Source: Octopus sinensis | Lineage: Eukaryota | Length of the DNA stretch: 64,000 bases | Assembly (NCBI RefSeq): GCF_006345805.1 | Contig: NC_042998.1 | Coordinates: 185,938,001 to 186,002,000 of the forward strand | Direction of reading: 5' to 3' | Shown: positions 26,446 to 41,324 of the stretch, one piece after another | Numbering within the stretch: the first letter of the stretch is position 1 | How the letters are laid out: each line of letters opens with the position of its first letter | Position numbers and translations under genes: made by a program | The notes under the pieces: model-generated | Seen by the model: only the letters and a program-made list of their open reading frames with translations | Databases searched by the model: none | What the model was told of the DNA's origin: nothing

Positions 26446-26759
26446 TTTGACTGAGAAAATATGCTGAAACAAGATAATGAGGTAGACAAAGCGTATAATA
26501 TTCCTGAAGATTAACCAACATTATAGTTTTCTTAAGCATCAGTAAGCACCCGGTAAACCTGCAAGAAGAAATTGTAATTCAGTATTGTACTTTCCTCTCA
26601 ACTAGCTTCCTTATTTTCTCACAGTTTTGTTAACCTTTTTAATATCAATCCAACCGAGGCCTCCAATACGAAACTATTGGTATTATAATCAAAATGTCAT
26701 AACAAAAATTGCCCTGAGGTTCCAATTGATCAACACCAACATAGCACGCCAATATATAT

Positions 26760-26805
<46 letters not shown>

Positions 26806-26832
26806 GTGTGTGCGCGCGCGCTATGAATATAT

Positions 26833-26977
26833 TTTTGTTTTATATTTGCTTCAGTCATGCTGGAGCACCGACTTTAAAGATTTAGTCGAACAAACCGACA
26901 CCAGCTCTTCACTTCTTTTTTTTAAAGTTTGGTACTTACTCTATCTGCTTCTTTTGTCCGACTGCTATGTTATGGGA

Positions 26978-27019
<42 letters not shown>

Positions 27020-27165
27020 TTGACAGGCTTCTTTCAGTTTTCATCTGCCAAAACCACTCGCCCTAAGGTATAGAAGACACTTGTCCAAGGTACCATGCAG
27101 TGGAACGGAACTCAAAACCATGTGATTGGGAAGCAAACTTCTGACCACACAACCAAGCCAGCACC
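26833..27165 (-). mobile_element. SINE family B (diverged)
   Basis: Reverse complement of the family B head (GGTTCAGT-type box B, ACCTTGGGCAAGT) and tail. Confidence 0.8.
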
Positions 27166-27178
27166 TGTGTGGGTGTGG

Positions 27179-27231
<53 letters not shown>

Positions 27232-28244
27232 CCAACGACGTAGCTGTTCTTCAACCTCTAAAATATAGCAGCCAAAATTCCTCTAATCAAAATCTCCTGC
27301 TACTTTTGAAAAGGTCACAGTTGTTAATGTAGTTATTGGAAACTGGCTAAATAAAAGATAGCATGATCAAGGTTGGAGTACCTTTTACCATATGTCTGTT
27401 CCACAAATCCTGATCCAGGGACTAAACAACTGCAAACCAACAACTAATATATAAATATGCAATAGTATAGAGCCAATATATAAACGATAGAATGAACCAG
27501 CTTCTATGTAGTCACTCGATATGCTAGAGACAGTTGACAAAATCTCCATCAAATTACATCCTTGCTTTCAGAAAAGGAGAGAATTCATTGTATAATATAG
27601 CTATAGATGTACAAAATTGGCGAGAAAGACTGACCGATCATAGCTAGACCACCTTTAACCATAAATCTGCATAATCAAATCTGACTTCATGATTAAGTTT
27701 GACTTCGTGGTAAATAACAGGATACTATATTTAAAGTTACAGATATTGTTTACTAAATCCTTCCATGCTTTGATTATACTGAAAATTAATTGGAATACAT
27801 AAGCAATTTGCTTATTAGAAATATAATTACCAAAGGAATAATCAATTCTTTAGTGCCACCGATGGATTAATTTTATTTTAGATCGGTATCGCAAAGTATC
27901 TAAATCTGGTTTTACACTATCTGTACCATTCCACAAAACACAACTTCAAAGTAATGAACTACAGACTTTCTATAGAATTCACAGTCAGTACTGTTAGTTA
28001 CGACGTTTCGTATACGGCTACGTCTATGTAACGAATACGATTGAAGATAGAAAAAAGTAGGCAATGGTTGTATATGCATAATTCAAGAATTATTACCCTT
28101 TCATCAATCCCACATCCAACCCATCAACTAGTCACGAACGCATTGCTTAAATATACGCTAAGTTTAGCTGTGTAACACTACTGGATAGACTAATTTACAT
28201 AATAAACACATATTAAAAGTATTCCTGGCATCTGGTAGGTAAAC

Positions 28245-28838
28245 ATTAATTACTTGCATGGGCACAGTATTTTGTTTTGCAACCGTCATATACTACCAAG
28301 TGTATTAAAGGTTTACAAGTCAATATTGTGTCTTTTTGTGTTAGCAGTGCGATATTCTCATTTTTAAGTTGAATTCACAGTTAGCACTTTAAGTTACAAC
28401 CTTTCGTATACAAATATGTCGATGCAAACCATGTGATCGAAGATAGCAAAATAGGTAATGGATGTGTAAGCATCTTTCAGGAGTTCTTGCACTTTCATCA
28501 GCACTACAACCAACTCATCAACTATCCACGAACACATTATTTAAATATCCACTTCGTCTGGCAGTGCAACACTATTCGATTGACCGATTTGTGTTACACC
28601 ACTAAACTTAGTGGATATTCACTATCTTCGGTCGCATTGTTTACAAAGACATATACATATACGAAAAGCCGTAACTGTGCTGGCTTTGAATTCTGTGGAA
28701 AACCTGTAGTTTACCACTTGAAAATGAGAATATTGCACTGCTAACACAAAAAATATAACACAGTATTGACTTGTAAACCTACTTTGTAATATATTATGGC
28801 TGCAAAACGAAATACTGTGTCCTTGCAAGTAATTAACT
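28245..28838. mobile_element. Old foldback/MITE-like element with ~170-bp TIRs, plus an upstream partial copy (27945-28200)
   Basis: 28245-28420 is a diverged reverse complement of 28650-28838. 27975-28200 is a diverged direct copy of 28372-28590. Confidence 0.7.
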
Positions 28839-28884
28839 GAATACAATGTATTTCTATATTTCATTCATTTCATTGTGTAGATCT

Positions 28885-29289
28885 CTCTTTCTCTTTTCTT
28901 TTACTTGTTTCAGTCATTTGACTGCGGCCATGCTGGAGCACCACCTTCTAGTCTAGTAAATCGATCCCAGGACTTATTCTTTGTAAGCCTAGTACTTATT
29001 CTATCAGTCTCTTTTGCTGAACCGCTAAGTTACGGGGACGTAAACACACCAGCATCGGTTGTCAAGCAATGGTGGGTGGACAAACACGGACACACAAACA
29101 TATATACACATACACATATATATACATATATACGACGGGCTTCTTCCAGTTTCCGTCTACCAAATCCACTCACAAGGCTTTGGTCGGCCCGAGGCTATAG
29201 TAGAAGACACTTGCCCAAGGTGCCACGCAGTGGGAATGAACCCGGAACCATGTGGTTGGCAAGCAAGCTACTTACCACACAGCCACTCA
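28885..29289 (-). mobile_element. SINE family B
   Basis: Full-length reverse complement of the family B consensus. Confidence 0.9.
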
Positions 29290-30059
29290 GTTTTTTTTTT
29301 TTATGCAGGAAATGAAATTCACTGTAACACATTGATCTTCAGTAATACAAAAGAAGGTGGAAAGTATTCTAGCCTACTTCACTTCTTTGCCTAAATTGGT
29401 TCGTGGAATTAGCTTGCTCAAAGCTACCCTCAAAGCTACCTTTTGTTACTTTATGAAATCATGTAGAATTTTGATTGCCTGAGGAGGTAAAAAGAAAAAA
29501 AAACTATATCTTAGCGGATACATAACTGGAGGCTGTGAAAGTTTATACCTATTCTAAATGTATTAAAAGCTTACTTAGAATACTTTTGCCGTACACAGCA
29601 GTGCACGTCAACCGATAATGAAACACGACGAAGACGTCCTTGGCATGATCTGAACTAGAAATATAAAACACATCTCTCGAGCATCTTTGTTTTATTCTTC
29701 TTCTTATTCTAGCTGTGATCATGCTGGGGCAACGCCATTTACGTTACTTTAATTTCTTGAGCTTCTCCACTGCGGTCTGTTTTATTAAATGAGAAACTTT
29801 GTATAAATTTCACCACTTACTTTCTAATTCATATTTTACTAAACACCGTGTCATGATAAGCGAAGTTAACTTAAAAAGAGTCTGATCCTACCGGGATTTG
29901 ATAACCGTGAACGTTGAAGACAGACTACTGGAAAATTCTCAGCCGTCTACCATAAAATTAGCATTGTTCCATCATTAGATGAAACTCTATAAAACTCTTT
30001 CTCTCGCTCTCTCTTTCTCTCTTTCTATATATATAAATATATGTATGTATGTATATATA

Positions 30060-30133
<74 letters not shown>

Positions 30134-31021
30134 ATATGTATATATATATTCATGCACATGTATGTATATATAAGCATATATATGTGTGTATGCGTGTATA
30201 TGCATACACACACACACACACACACACGTCTATATTACATACATACATACATACCTACATACATACATGCATATAGATATTCCCACCCGTTATCTGCTAT
30301 AATTAGTTAAGTGAAATTCACACCGTCTTCTGCGCTTTGAAATTGTGAACATCTGGAACGATTTCCCTTGGTCAGAATCAAGTGGTTAAGAGTAATTTGA
30401 GAAGATCAAGAATGACTTGAAAACCCATATATATTTTCATTAACGGACATGCAAACACATGTATGTGTGTGTACGCATACATGCATACACACACACACAC
30501 ACACACACTCACACACATATGTACGTGCGTATGTATATATGTATACGCACACACACACACACGAGCGTACAGGCACATAGAAAATGTGTATGTATGTGTA
30601 ATGTATGTGAGAGTGTGACTGCGTGTGTCTACAAATACGCAAGCATACACTTTTATTCCCTCTTGAGTTTTAGAAGGTATATGATTACTGACCGTATCAA
30701 TTTATATAAACTGTCTGGACATGATACAGTGAAACGTGTGTGTGTGTGTGTGTGTGTGTGTTTGTGTAAGTGTGTGTGAGTGTGTGTGTGAGTGTGTGTG
30801 CGTGTGAGTGTGTGTGCGTGTGAGTGTGTGTGTGTATACATACATATACGTAATATATATATATATAGATATATACATTTATACACATATATATATATAA
30901 ATGATATAAATAATATATATATATGCATATGTATACATACATACATATGTATATATATATACATATGCATATATATATATATACATATGCATATATATAT
31001 ATATATATATACACACACATA

Positions 31022-31067
<46 letters not shown>

Positions 31068-31770
31068 TATATGAGTACACACACACACGCACACACACAT
31101 ACCCCCCCACACACACATAATATATATAGATACACACGCACCACGCACACACACACACTCACGCGCGCACATCCATTAGATGTTTCCTTATTAAGTAATT
31201 ATAATCCTTCAGAAAAATAAGCATTCCAAAACATCGCAAATCCTCTGAGGTGTGCATTGTACTTCAGACGAGACGTGGGATCTTCTAAAACGGTTACATT
31301 TCTCTAAATTCATACTTCTTTAAGAAGAAGAAGAAGAAGAATAAGAAGAAGAAGAAGAAAGAAGAAGAAGAAGAAGAAGAAGAAGAAGAAGAAGAAGAAG
31401 AAAAGAAAAAAAACAGAGCCTTTCATTATATTTAAATTGCATCAAGTCTGTTCTAGACCTGTGGCCTTCATGAATTTTAAATAAAATTAACCTGAGTGTA
31501 TATACATTTACATATATCCATACACACACAAACACACACATGCATATACCTATATATGTGCGTGTGCATGAATGTGTATGTGCGTGTATGTATGTATGTA
31601 TGTATGTATGTATGTATGTATGTATGCATAGGTATTTTGCAGTAAATCTCACTAATAATCTCTGCAGATTTCTCTATAAATGGGAAAATAGTCGCTATGC
31701 GATTTAAATTTTTATCCTTCTGAGAGCTGATTAAGTCTCAAAGATACACATACACACACAAAAGCACAAT

Positions 31771-31812
<42 letters not shown>

Positions 31813-31902
31813 CGCACACACATACACAAAACCCATCGTGCCCACGCACACACACACACATTCATACACGCACACATACAAACGTGTGCACACACAGACA
31901 CT

Positions 31903-31933
<31 letters not shown>

Positions 31934-32031
31934 ACAAAAGTGCACGCACATACACAAAACCGCGCACGCACACACACACATTCATACACGCACACATACA
32001 AATTTGTGTACACACACACACTTACACAACA

Positions 32032-32084
<53 letters not shown>

Positions 32085-33749
32085 ACACACACCAAGTGCA
32101 CTGTGAAAAACTGCGAAACTTAAGAAGGTTATAATTGTTTTCTACTCTCAGTAGAGACCCGAAGACGTTATTAAATGATGGATTTCAATTTTAGGCTTGG
32201 CGTGAAATAAATCGGAAACTACTTTTCAATTCACTGATTATGCATTCAATTTGCCCGACAATCATGGTAGGAGCAAAAAATATCGCGGATTTAAAAATGT
32301 TAGTCTTCGCGATGCTTGCTTCACTGAACGAATATGTAGAGTGATAGAAAGTGGTGTGGCTTACACTAGACGGACACACGCATATACTCACGAACACATA
32401 CGTAGATACATACATGTTATATGAATATATTCATAAATACGCGCTTGCGAAGATGTGTGTGTCTCAGAAAGAGAGACAGGAAGATAGAGAAAGAGAGAGT
32501 GTGTGCATGTATCTGTCTGTCTGTACATATATACACATATACACACATACGCACAAACATACATACATACATACATACATACATACAAACATGCATGCAT
32601 ACATACATACATACATACATACATACATACGCGTGTATATGTATGTGTATATATGTATACTTATCTCAGTATGTATAAATGTATTAAAGTATATACATGT
32701 GTGAATAAGCATGTAAGTGTATATATATTTGCATTAAAGTGTGTAAATACCTACATGTATATATATATATATATATGCGAATATATATATGTATTTATGT
32801 GTGTATGTATGTATATTTACATACATACATACATATACATACATACATACATACATACATACATACATACATACATACATACATACATACAAAATTTGTC
32901 AAGATGGCTGGTTGTTGAGAAATTTGCCCCGTGACTGGTTGTTGACAAATTTTTCTGCCTTGTAAGGGTAATTTACCCAGTATGTCTGCTGTTCTAACGG
33001 TAACTCTGCGTTCGAAAAAGTCCCACCTTCTTATATATATCGTACAATACCTATTTCAACGCTTCTAATAAAAGCAACAAATATTTCTTTATTTACATTT
33101 ATACTCACACAAACACACATACACGCGCACACACAAATACATACATATCTATATATATATATATATATATGTATGTATATATGTGTATATATACACACAC
33201 ATATACACACGCATATAATGCCGCTCAAAGCAGCGATGAATAAAATGTATTCGTGTGAAATTTTTACACGTTTGTGTATAATTGAACGTGATAGGAACTA
33301 TCGCTGCAAGAATAGACCCCGGAAAATATTTTCCAGCTAAACAATTTGTTTTGGGCTGCGATCGACGTCATTACATCCTGGAATGCATGCATTTCTGCAT
33401 CATTCTGCTTCGTCAGCTATGCAAACTAACTCACGCTCACATCCTGGTATTTATAGAATTTTACTTATGAAATTAGCATGCAGAATGTATATTGATGTAC
33501 AAATTATTTGGTCTCTCAGCGACTGAGTTACTTTGCGTACCTGAGAAAACAGTACGACACAGAAGCTGGCGACTTTACGCGAATATATTTTATTCAAGGC
33601 TACTTTGCGCGGTATCAATTATTCTCAATTCGAGTTTGACTGAGCGACACGCAGATCAGTAAACTCCTCATCTGCTGAAGTATATTTCTATACTTACCGG
33701 GCTGGGAGACACTGAATTAGTGTTTTTAGCTAATGAAATAGAACGACAC

Positions 33750-34156
33750 GCGCAGGAGTGGCTGTGTGGTAAAGTAGCTTGCTAACCAACCACATGGTAT
33801 CGCGTTCAGTCCCACTGCGTGGCATCTTGGGCAAGTGTTTTCTGCTATAGCCCCGGGCCGACCAATGCCTTGTGAGTGGATTTGGTAGACGGAAACTGAA
33901 AGAAGCCTGTTGTATATATGTATATGTATATATATATGTATATATGTGTGTGTTTGTGTGTCTGTGTTTGTCCCCCTAGCATTGCTTGACAACTGATGCT
34001 GGTGTGTTTACGTCCCCGTCACTTAGCAGTTCGGCAAAAGAGACCGATAGAATAAGTACTGGGCTTACAAAGAATAAGTCCCGGGGTCGATTTGCTCGAC
34101 TAAAGGCGGTGCTCCAGCATGGCCGCAGTCAAATGACTGAAACAAGTAAAAGAGTA

Positions 34157-34157
<1 letters not shown>
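33750..34157 (+). mobile_element. SINE family B (tRNA head, CORE-like start, internal microsatellite)
   Basis: GCGCAGGAGTGGCTGTGTGG box A, GTTCAGTCC box B, CTTGGGCAAGT, and tail GACTGAAACAAGTAAAAGAG followed by (GA)n. Confidence 0.9.
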
Positions 34158-34227
<70 letters not shown>

Positions 34228-34534
34228 GCGTCTTACAATTTAATGACGCCACTCCCAGCCCAAAGCAAAATCCGTATTTACACATGTTTAGATGGAGAAT
34301 TTTCTCCCGGAACAATTCTTGCAGTGATAGATCTTATCACATCCAATAACGCTCAAAGGTGTTAAGCGTGATTTATGTGAGTGGAGTTATTTGGTTCTGT
34401 TTGATTAATAACATAATTTTTCTGATTACATCTCTCTTCATCATCTACCAAAAGTTTAGCAAGTGATTTTAAGACGGTGTTAACAATCAGTTCAAGGGAA
34501 CGAGCACCTATATATGTATATATACATATATATA

Positions 34535-34932
34535 GGCGCAGGAGTGGCTGTGTATTAAGTAGCTTGCTTACCAACTACATGATTCCGGGTTCAGTCTCAC
34601 TGCGTGGCACCTTGGGCAAGTGTCTTCTACTATAGCTTCGACCGACCGAAGCCTTGTGAGTAGATTTGGCAGAGGGAAACTGAAAGAAGCCCGTCGTGTA
34701 TATACGTGTATGTATATGTTTGTGTGTCTGTGTTTGTCCCCCCACCAAACATCGCTTGACAACTGCTGCTGGTGTGTTTGCATCCCCGTCACTTAGCGGT
34801 TCGGCAAGAGAGACCGATAGAATAAGTACTAGGCTTACAAAGAATAAGTCCTGGGGTCGATTTGCTCGACTAAAGATGGTGCTCCATCATGGCCGCAGTC
34901 GAATGACTGAAACAAATAAATGAATAAAAGAA
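34535..34932 (+). mobile_element. SINE family B
   Basis: Same structure as 33750-34157. Confidence 0.9.
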
Positions 34933-35099
34933 TATATATATATACACATATATATGCATACATACATACATAAATACATACATACATAAATACATACATA
35001 CATACATAAATACATACATACATAAATACATACATACATACATACATACATACATACATACATACATACATACATACATACATACATACATACATACAT

Positions 35100-36130
35100 A
35101 GGCAGAGGCTTAACATCGGTCCAAAACGCCTTTGAATGTCGTATCATATCACTTCGGCAACATCTTTTAACCACCAAATGTCAAAGTGCATCCCTTGAGC
35201 AAGTTTGCGTATATGGGGCTGATAACATCATAAGACTTGGAAGGCAGCTCCTTGAGCAACATTCCTTATCTGATAACCTAGAATACATACCCAAAGAAGT
35301 AATACGACTCTACTGCAACGTATAATCAAATGAAAGGATGAACCTATATGAGCAGAAGACTATGCATGGATATGTTAGTAGAAAGCGCTGAGATGATAGT
35401 AACATTGATCATCAAAGCAGTCTATCATGGACCAATAACCGGATTACTATCTCCCACTTTGAAGGGTATGAGTTTGCAATTTAGGAATAAGAAATATCAA
35501 CCAAATACCTGTTGCACAAAAGGGGTGTAGATGTAGGAAAAGCTGTAAAATGTGACAACCGATGCAGACTTTGTGAAGGTAATACCGAAGATATCATCTA
35601 AATCATAAGCTGTTGTCCGAAAATGTTATTACGGTATTACTTACCGATGAGATGTTATGTTGTAGCTAGGAACACTCTATAATGAAATCCGTCGGAAGGA
35701 TAACCCCTAAATATGAACCCACGGTATGGTAGAACCCATAACAACACATAATAAAATGGAGTACTAGTGGAATATCCTAGTGAAGACCTCAATAAAATGT
35801 AAACACAACAGACCTGATATAATAATTTGGGATGGAGAAGAGAAACTGTGTATAGTTGTGGAAATCAGCTGCCCAGCGGATGTTAACATAAAGCTAAAGA
35901 TCAGAGAAAAAGAGAATACCTACGCTGAGCTATTGGGAAATCTGCAGTTACGCTATCCAGATTACAAGTTCAGGTTTATACCTGTAATTACTGGAGCCCT
36001 GGGATATGTAACACGCTGCCTTAAATACCAATCTTGAGAAATTAGGCTTCTCAAAACCAGAAAGGAGAAAGCTGATACGAAGGCTACAGATCCAAGCCAT
36101 CACTGGAACTGTAAAAAATTGTTTTAAATA
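35100..36130 (+). mobile_element. 3' fragment of RLE-type non-LTR retrotransposon (R4/Dong-like)
   Basis: CCHC-type knuckle CRLC...EDII*IISCCP, then NRPDIIIWD...VVEISCP...KENTY.EL and IPVITGALG, a PD-(D/E)xK endonuclease. Stops and frameshifts present. Confidence 0.85.
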
Positions 36131-36253
36131 TTGTTTAAAACTTCTGTTTAAAATATTGTCTGTTGTTATTACCATACGTCTCTGCAATTTACAGATTGCA
36201 GCTCCTGTTTCTGTTCCTGTATAACTTAGAAGTTTCGACAATGAGCCATGTTA

Positions 36254-37546
36254 CGAGGGACGTTCAATAAGTAATGCCCCTGACCCACTTCCCATGGCAG
36301 TAGAGCAACGAAACTTGGCACATTTATTAGTCTTTTTTTTACATAGGAACCACCCAGAGTTACGCATTTCTCCCATCGTTTGATACAGCTCTGGAGACCG
36401 TTTTTGTAGAAGACCCCAGTTTGGTCCTCCAACCACGACGTGACTTCAGAAATCAAGGCTGCATCATCTGGGAAATGTTTTCCTTTCAAAAACAACTTCA
36501 TGGCTGGGAAGAGGTGAAGATCAGAGGGTGCAAGATCAGAAGAGTAGGGGGGTGGGGGAGGAGTTCATAGCCGCATGCCTGTGCTTCTGATCTGGCGACA
36601 CGCGAGTTGTGGACCGGAGCGTTGTCCTGCAGGAAGAGGATGCCTTTGCTGATCTTGCCCCGCCTCTTGATTTTGATAGCTTCTCTTAATTTCTTCAAAA
36701 GTGAAGCATAATAGGCTCCTGTAATTGTGGTACTCTTTGCCAGGAAATCTGTCATCACTACTCCGTCCTGGTCCCAGAAGACTGTGAGCATGACCTTGCC
36801 AGCGGAGGGCTGCACCCTTGCCTTCTTTGGAGGAGGTGAGTCACGGTGCTTCCACTGCAATGACTGGGCTTTGGTCTCTGGATCATAGTGATGGACCCAG
36901 GTTTTATCCTGTGTAATCAGTCTTCTGAAAAATTTTGACTCATCTTCTTGGCACATCTCCAAATTCATCCTCGGGCACTCGACGCGTTCTTGCTTCTGGA
37001 AAGGTGTGAGCAACTTGGGAATCCATCTGGCAGACACCTTTTGCATATGCAAATGGTCATGAATGATAGTTTCCACAGACCCGGTACTAATCTTGACCTC
37101 ATGGGCTATTTGGCGAATAGTTATGCATCGATCTTCCAAAATGGCAGCCTCAACTTGACGGATAGATGCCTCATCAATGGTAGAAGGGGGGCGACCAGAT
37201 CTGGGAGCTGTTTCCACAGAGTTCCGACCATGTTTAAATTCACGATGCCAGCGTTTTACAAGGTCATATGATGGTGCATCATCACCATAAGTTACTTTCA
37301 TTTCATCAAAAGTCTCCCGTGGTGTGCGTCCTTTCAAATACAAAAACCGGATCACTGCTCGACACTCAACTGGCTCCATTTCACACTTGACTCTGTTAAA
37401 ACACCTGTTAATCAGAAACCACAATTAGTTCAGAGCTGTAATTTGCCACTTAATCTATAGAGATATAAATAATTGCACATGCAAAATTTCAGCTAGATCA
37501 AACAACTGCAAGTGGGTCAGGAGCATTACTTATTGAACGTCCCTCG
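36254..37546 (-). mobile_element. Full-length mariner transposon (irritans/Himar1-like), 1293 bp
   Basis: ~37-bp TIRs CGAGGGACGTTCAATAAGTAATGC(C/T)CCTGACCCACTT with TA on both sides. Confidence 0.95.
36327..37379 (-). pseudogene. Mariner DD34D transposase, frameshifted
   Basis: MEPVECRAVIRF...PRSGRP...WIPKLL...ITQDKTWVHHYDP...QDNAPVH...HPP, then a frameshift in the G-rich run near 36550, then YSPDLAPSDF...RWEKCV. A second slip occurs in the T-run near 36335. Confidence 0.92.
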
Positions 37547-38124
37547 TATTTTTGCATTGTTGATTAATCTACCTTTAAGCTACCAAATATGGTGGATTAG
37601 TTATGTAGAGTTAATTTTGTTTCTGGGTTTCTAAAAAACAAAAATATGCTGTATGTATCAGATTTTTAAGTTGTTCATTCTTGATTCTATAAACGCAATT
37701 TAGACATTCTATACAGTTTTTGTTGTAGCTTTTATATTACTATTTCTGAAGACATTTACCATTGAGGGAAGAGTTTAGTGTATTTATGAAGTTACATTCA
37801 GATTGTTGGGGAAGATGCAATAAAACTGAGGTCTTGTTTATGGTGGAATATTATCAAGAGAGTTATATTTCTTTTTAACAGTATTTTTATTAATAAAGAT
37901 ATTGTGGTAACTATACTATTACGAATTTATGATTAAAGAAAACAGGAAGTTCTTTGTCGTGTTTGCCGTTATGTTTACGTTATATTAAATCTCGAACTAA
38001 ATTATTTTACTCCTCATAAATATCTTTTGTGTACGTTGTTTAATGTATTTTCAGATTTCCGTAAAATTTCATCCACTTCTTGCTAATGCTGCATTACAAG
38101 TGAGAGGGCTACAAATGTCTAGGT

Positions 38125-38453
38125 CAGGGCTGGCCAACTTAAGGCCCGCAGGCCGCATGCGACCCGCAGACTTATATTTTGCGGCCCGTTTGATACTTTC
38201 TTGAAATGGGTTTATTTAAACAAACATCTTTAAAATTTTAGCAAAAATTAAAGATTGTAATGAAAAGTGGAAATAAAGTGGCAATAAAGCAATAGTCTAC
38301 AATTTTATAATTTCAAACAAACGAAAAGTATGAAAAATTCTTGATTCTGTAATTTGATTATTTGACTATTAGCGCATAAAGTATACAAGCGGCCCTCAAA
38401 AAACTTTCTGTGATTAAAGTGGCCCGCAATGTAATTCGAGTTGACCAGGCATG
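38125..38453. mobile_element. hAT-Charlie MITE
   Basis: TIR CAGGGCTGGCCAAC / GTTGACCAGGCATG, GCGGCCC subterminal motifs, 8-bp TSD GTCTAGGT/GTCTAGAT. Confidence 0.85.
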
Positions 38454-38964
38454 GTCTAGATAATATAAGCTTCCAAATCTTTTACCAAAACCCAAATCCC
38501 AGAAATACTATATCATCTCAACAGGTTGAGTGTATCTTCAAAAATGCTAAATGCCTGTTCAAAGAGCTAATATATAACGCTACAGTAAGATCTGAATGGT
38601 ACTGAAGTAGTATAGATAAGTTTATGAGAAAACGCCTTCAAAATCCGCTACGTATAGAACATACATTTCGTTTCAATTCAGAGATTGCTTTTTATCTGCT
38701 AAAATAAATATTAATTAAATAAAGAAGCCGATTTAATTGACTTTACTCTTACTCTTTTACTCTTTTACTTGTTTTGACAACGGCCATGCTGGAGCACCTT
38801 GGCCACTTCTCGAAAATTGCTGATCTTTCAGAAGTTTTTAGTTTTATACGCTTTTCATTGTAAAACATTGCAGTTCATTGTTTTGGGTATGTGCTGTGTT
38901 TTGTCTTTTGCAGCAGTATTTCTTTGTATTTAAAGGACTCAGCATATAGTATTAACAGCCTTAT

Positions 38965-39021
<57 letters not shown>

Positions 39022-39057
39022 TATATGTGTGTGTGTATGTGAGTATATATATAATAT

Positions 39058-39167
<110 letters not shown>

Positions 39168-39552
39168 TTTCTATATATATTTTATATATTTATTTTTATC
39201 ATTCCCAAGACACTTATTATTATGGGTACTATTCGTTTTCCATACCCGTATTTTTTGCTATGTCTATACCTTGGCGTTTAAATGTTGACAGTTTTTCAAT
39301 TTTTTTTCTTTTACCAAGAGATATCGTTGTTGGAATTTATATGCTTTTTTGAAAACGTATCTTACTCTGATAGTCTTTGATAATAATATCTAGGGCGTTT
39401 GCTTTAATCTCCCTCCACTGGGTTACTATGTCATTCTTTGAGACCTTCTATGGTGTATGATTATGTCATTTCTTTTCAGTGGAACTCCATGATTGCGAAA
39501 TATATTTTTTATCCACTCTACTCGACAGACAGACAGTAGCACGCTTCATACT

Positions 39553-39585
<33 letters not shown>

Positions 39586-39598
39586 CACCACCACCACC

Positions 39599-39651
<53 letters not shown>

Positions 39652-39761
39652 CACCGCCGCCGCCGCCACCGCCGCCGCCGACACCACCACCACCATCACC
39701 ACCACCACCACCACCACCACCACCACTACTATACTACTACTACTACTACTACTACTACTAT

Positions 39762-39792
<31 letters not shown>
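39553..39792. repeat. (ACT/ACC/GCC/GCT)n compound trinucleotide repeat
   Basis: Directly visible. Confidence 0.95.
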
Positions 39793-40184
39793 AAAACGAT
39801 GTCATCCGTCTATTATACTTCTCTATATAGTCGTTTTATATCCCTTTTCCACATTTATATCAGTTCTTCAAGCAATATTGTCGCCTGATCCAAGAAATTT
39901 TAGCTGGCGTTTCAAAACATTATTTTTGGTTCTCATATCTGTGTTTTCTTATTTCACTTTCTTGATTTTCTTGCTCCACTTTCTCTAAATTTTCGCTTTA
40001 AAATCTAGGCTTCACATTGAAGGAAAATTTTCACTCCCAAAACATCCATTTGATATAAACACATTCATGCCGGGAACAATAATCAGATTCTGATGTGGAA
40101 ATGATTTATCCAGATTTCGTAAATACAACGTTCAAAGTGAAAGAGAAATGGAACAAATCCGTGGCATCTTAAATTGTAATTTAC

Positions 40185-40296
40185 CATTTCTGTACTCTGT
40201 TTATCATCTGACCTTTTCTTTTCAAAGTCATTGTGCAGTTGCTTATGTAAATATACGTTCGCTTGCAAGCTTTGAATATCTTGAGTTCTTTGAAAG
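40185..40296 (-). CDS. Candidate internal exon, unknown product
   Basis: Acceptor TTATTTCCTTTTAG| and donor ATG|GTAAAT around an open frame FQRTQDIQSLQANVYLHKQLHNDFEKKRSDDKQSTEM. No homology recognised. Confidence 0.25.
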
Positions 40297-41324
40297 CTAA
40301 AAGGAAATAACAACAATAATAAATAAATGGAATTTAACACAGTCAGTTGATTATTGTAATTTTGACAATCTGGTAAAACCCTTCGGAATTTCTGTATCAG
40401 ATATAAGCGGTTTTATGTTGCCTGAATTTTAAAGCTATGGGGACAGAACGATATACAACTCGCCGATTGTTCTGTCTATATAACAGCTGCAGAAACTCTC
40501 TATGCACAAAGTTAATAAAGACAATCTTTTTTCTCATCACAAGGAACCCTGCAGCCGACTGCTTATCTCTCGCATTTGAAGCATTAAGCGGATAAAATTG
40601 TCACTCGCTTGCTTTGGATAAATATTAATTTCTAACTATGCAATACGGGTTGGCATATTTGAGTGTGTGTGTGTGTGTGTGAGTTTGAGCGTGTGTTCGC
40701 GCATGCGCGCGATTAATTGATCCCAAGTGCTTGATTAGATATTTTATCTTATCGGTTCTATCAACTCTCGTAATAGTTCAATCTCGCCAGGTTTTTTAAC
40801 CCGAAACTTTACCGATTCTGCAAATCCATTATTCATAGTAATTTCTAAAAGTGAAAAATTTCTAACATACTTAATGTAGTGAGCTGAAAGGAATGTTTAA
40901 CGAAATGAAATTCCATCAGTAATAAAAAGAAAGGTAATTAGCATTAATGACAATTCTTGACAATAAAGACAAAGAAAAGAACTCTGAAGTTTAAACTGAT
41001 TCAAAAATTAAATTGAGACATGCAGTGAAGAGTGAGCCTCAGATGATAAGTTTTGTGATAACTCCGAAGACGTTTCGATCTTATAAGATCTTTTCAGCGC
41101 AGTATAATCTAACGCGTACTTACCAGATCTTAGAACGACGATGGGTAGGCGTTATATCTCAGTCTACCCTAGTACTTGACCGAGACATTTTGAGTGAACT
41201 CCGGCGAAACTAACAACATTGGAATTAGAGTTCAGAATGTAAAGAGTCTTATAAATCACAAAGCGTTTTTAGTCCGTCTTTCTGAAGTTTCCGTCACCTC
41301 AGCGAAACAGTTATCAATGAATAA

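Noticed and set aside
33690-33715. ATACTTACC resembling the U1 snRNA 5' end
   Set aside because: Similarity stops after about 25 nt with no U1 stem-loops or Sm site. It is better read as a minus-strand splice donor or chance.
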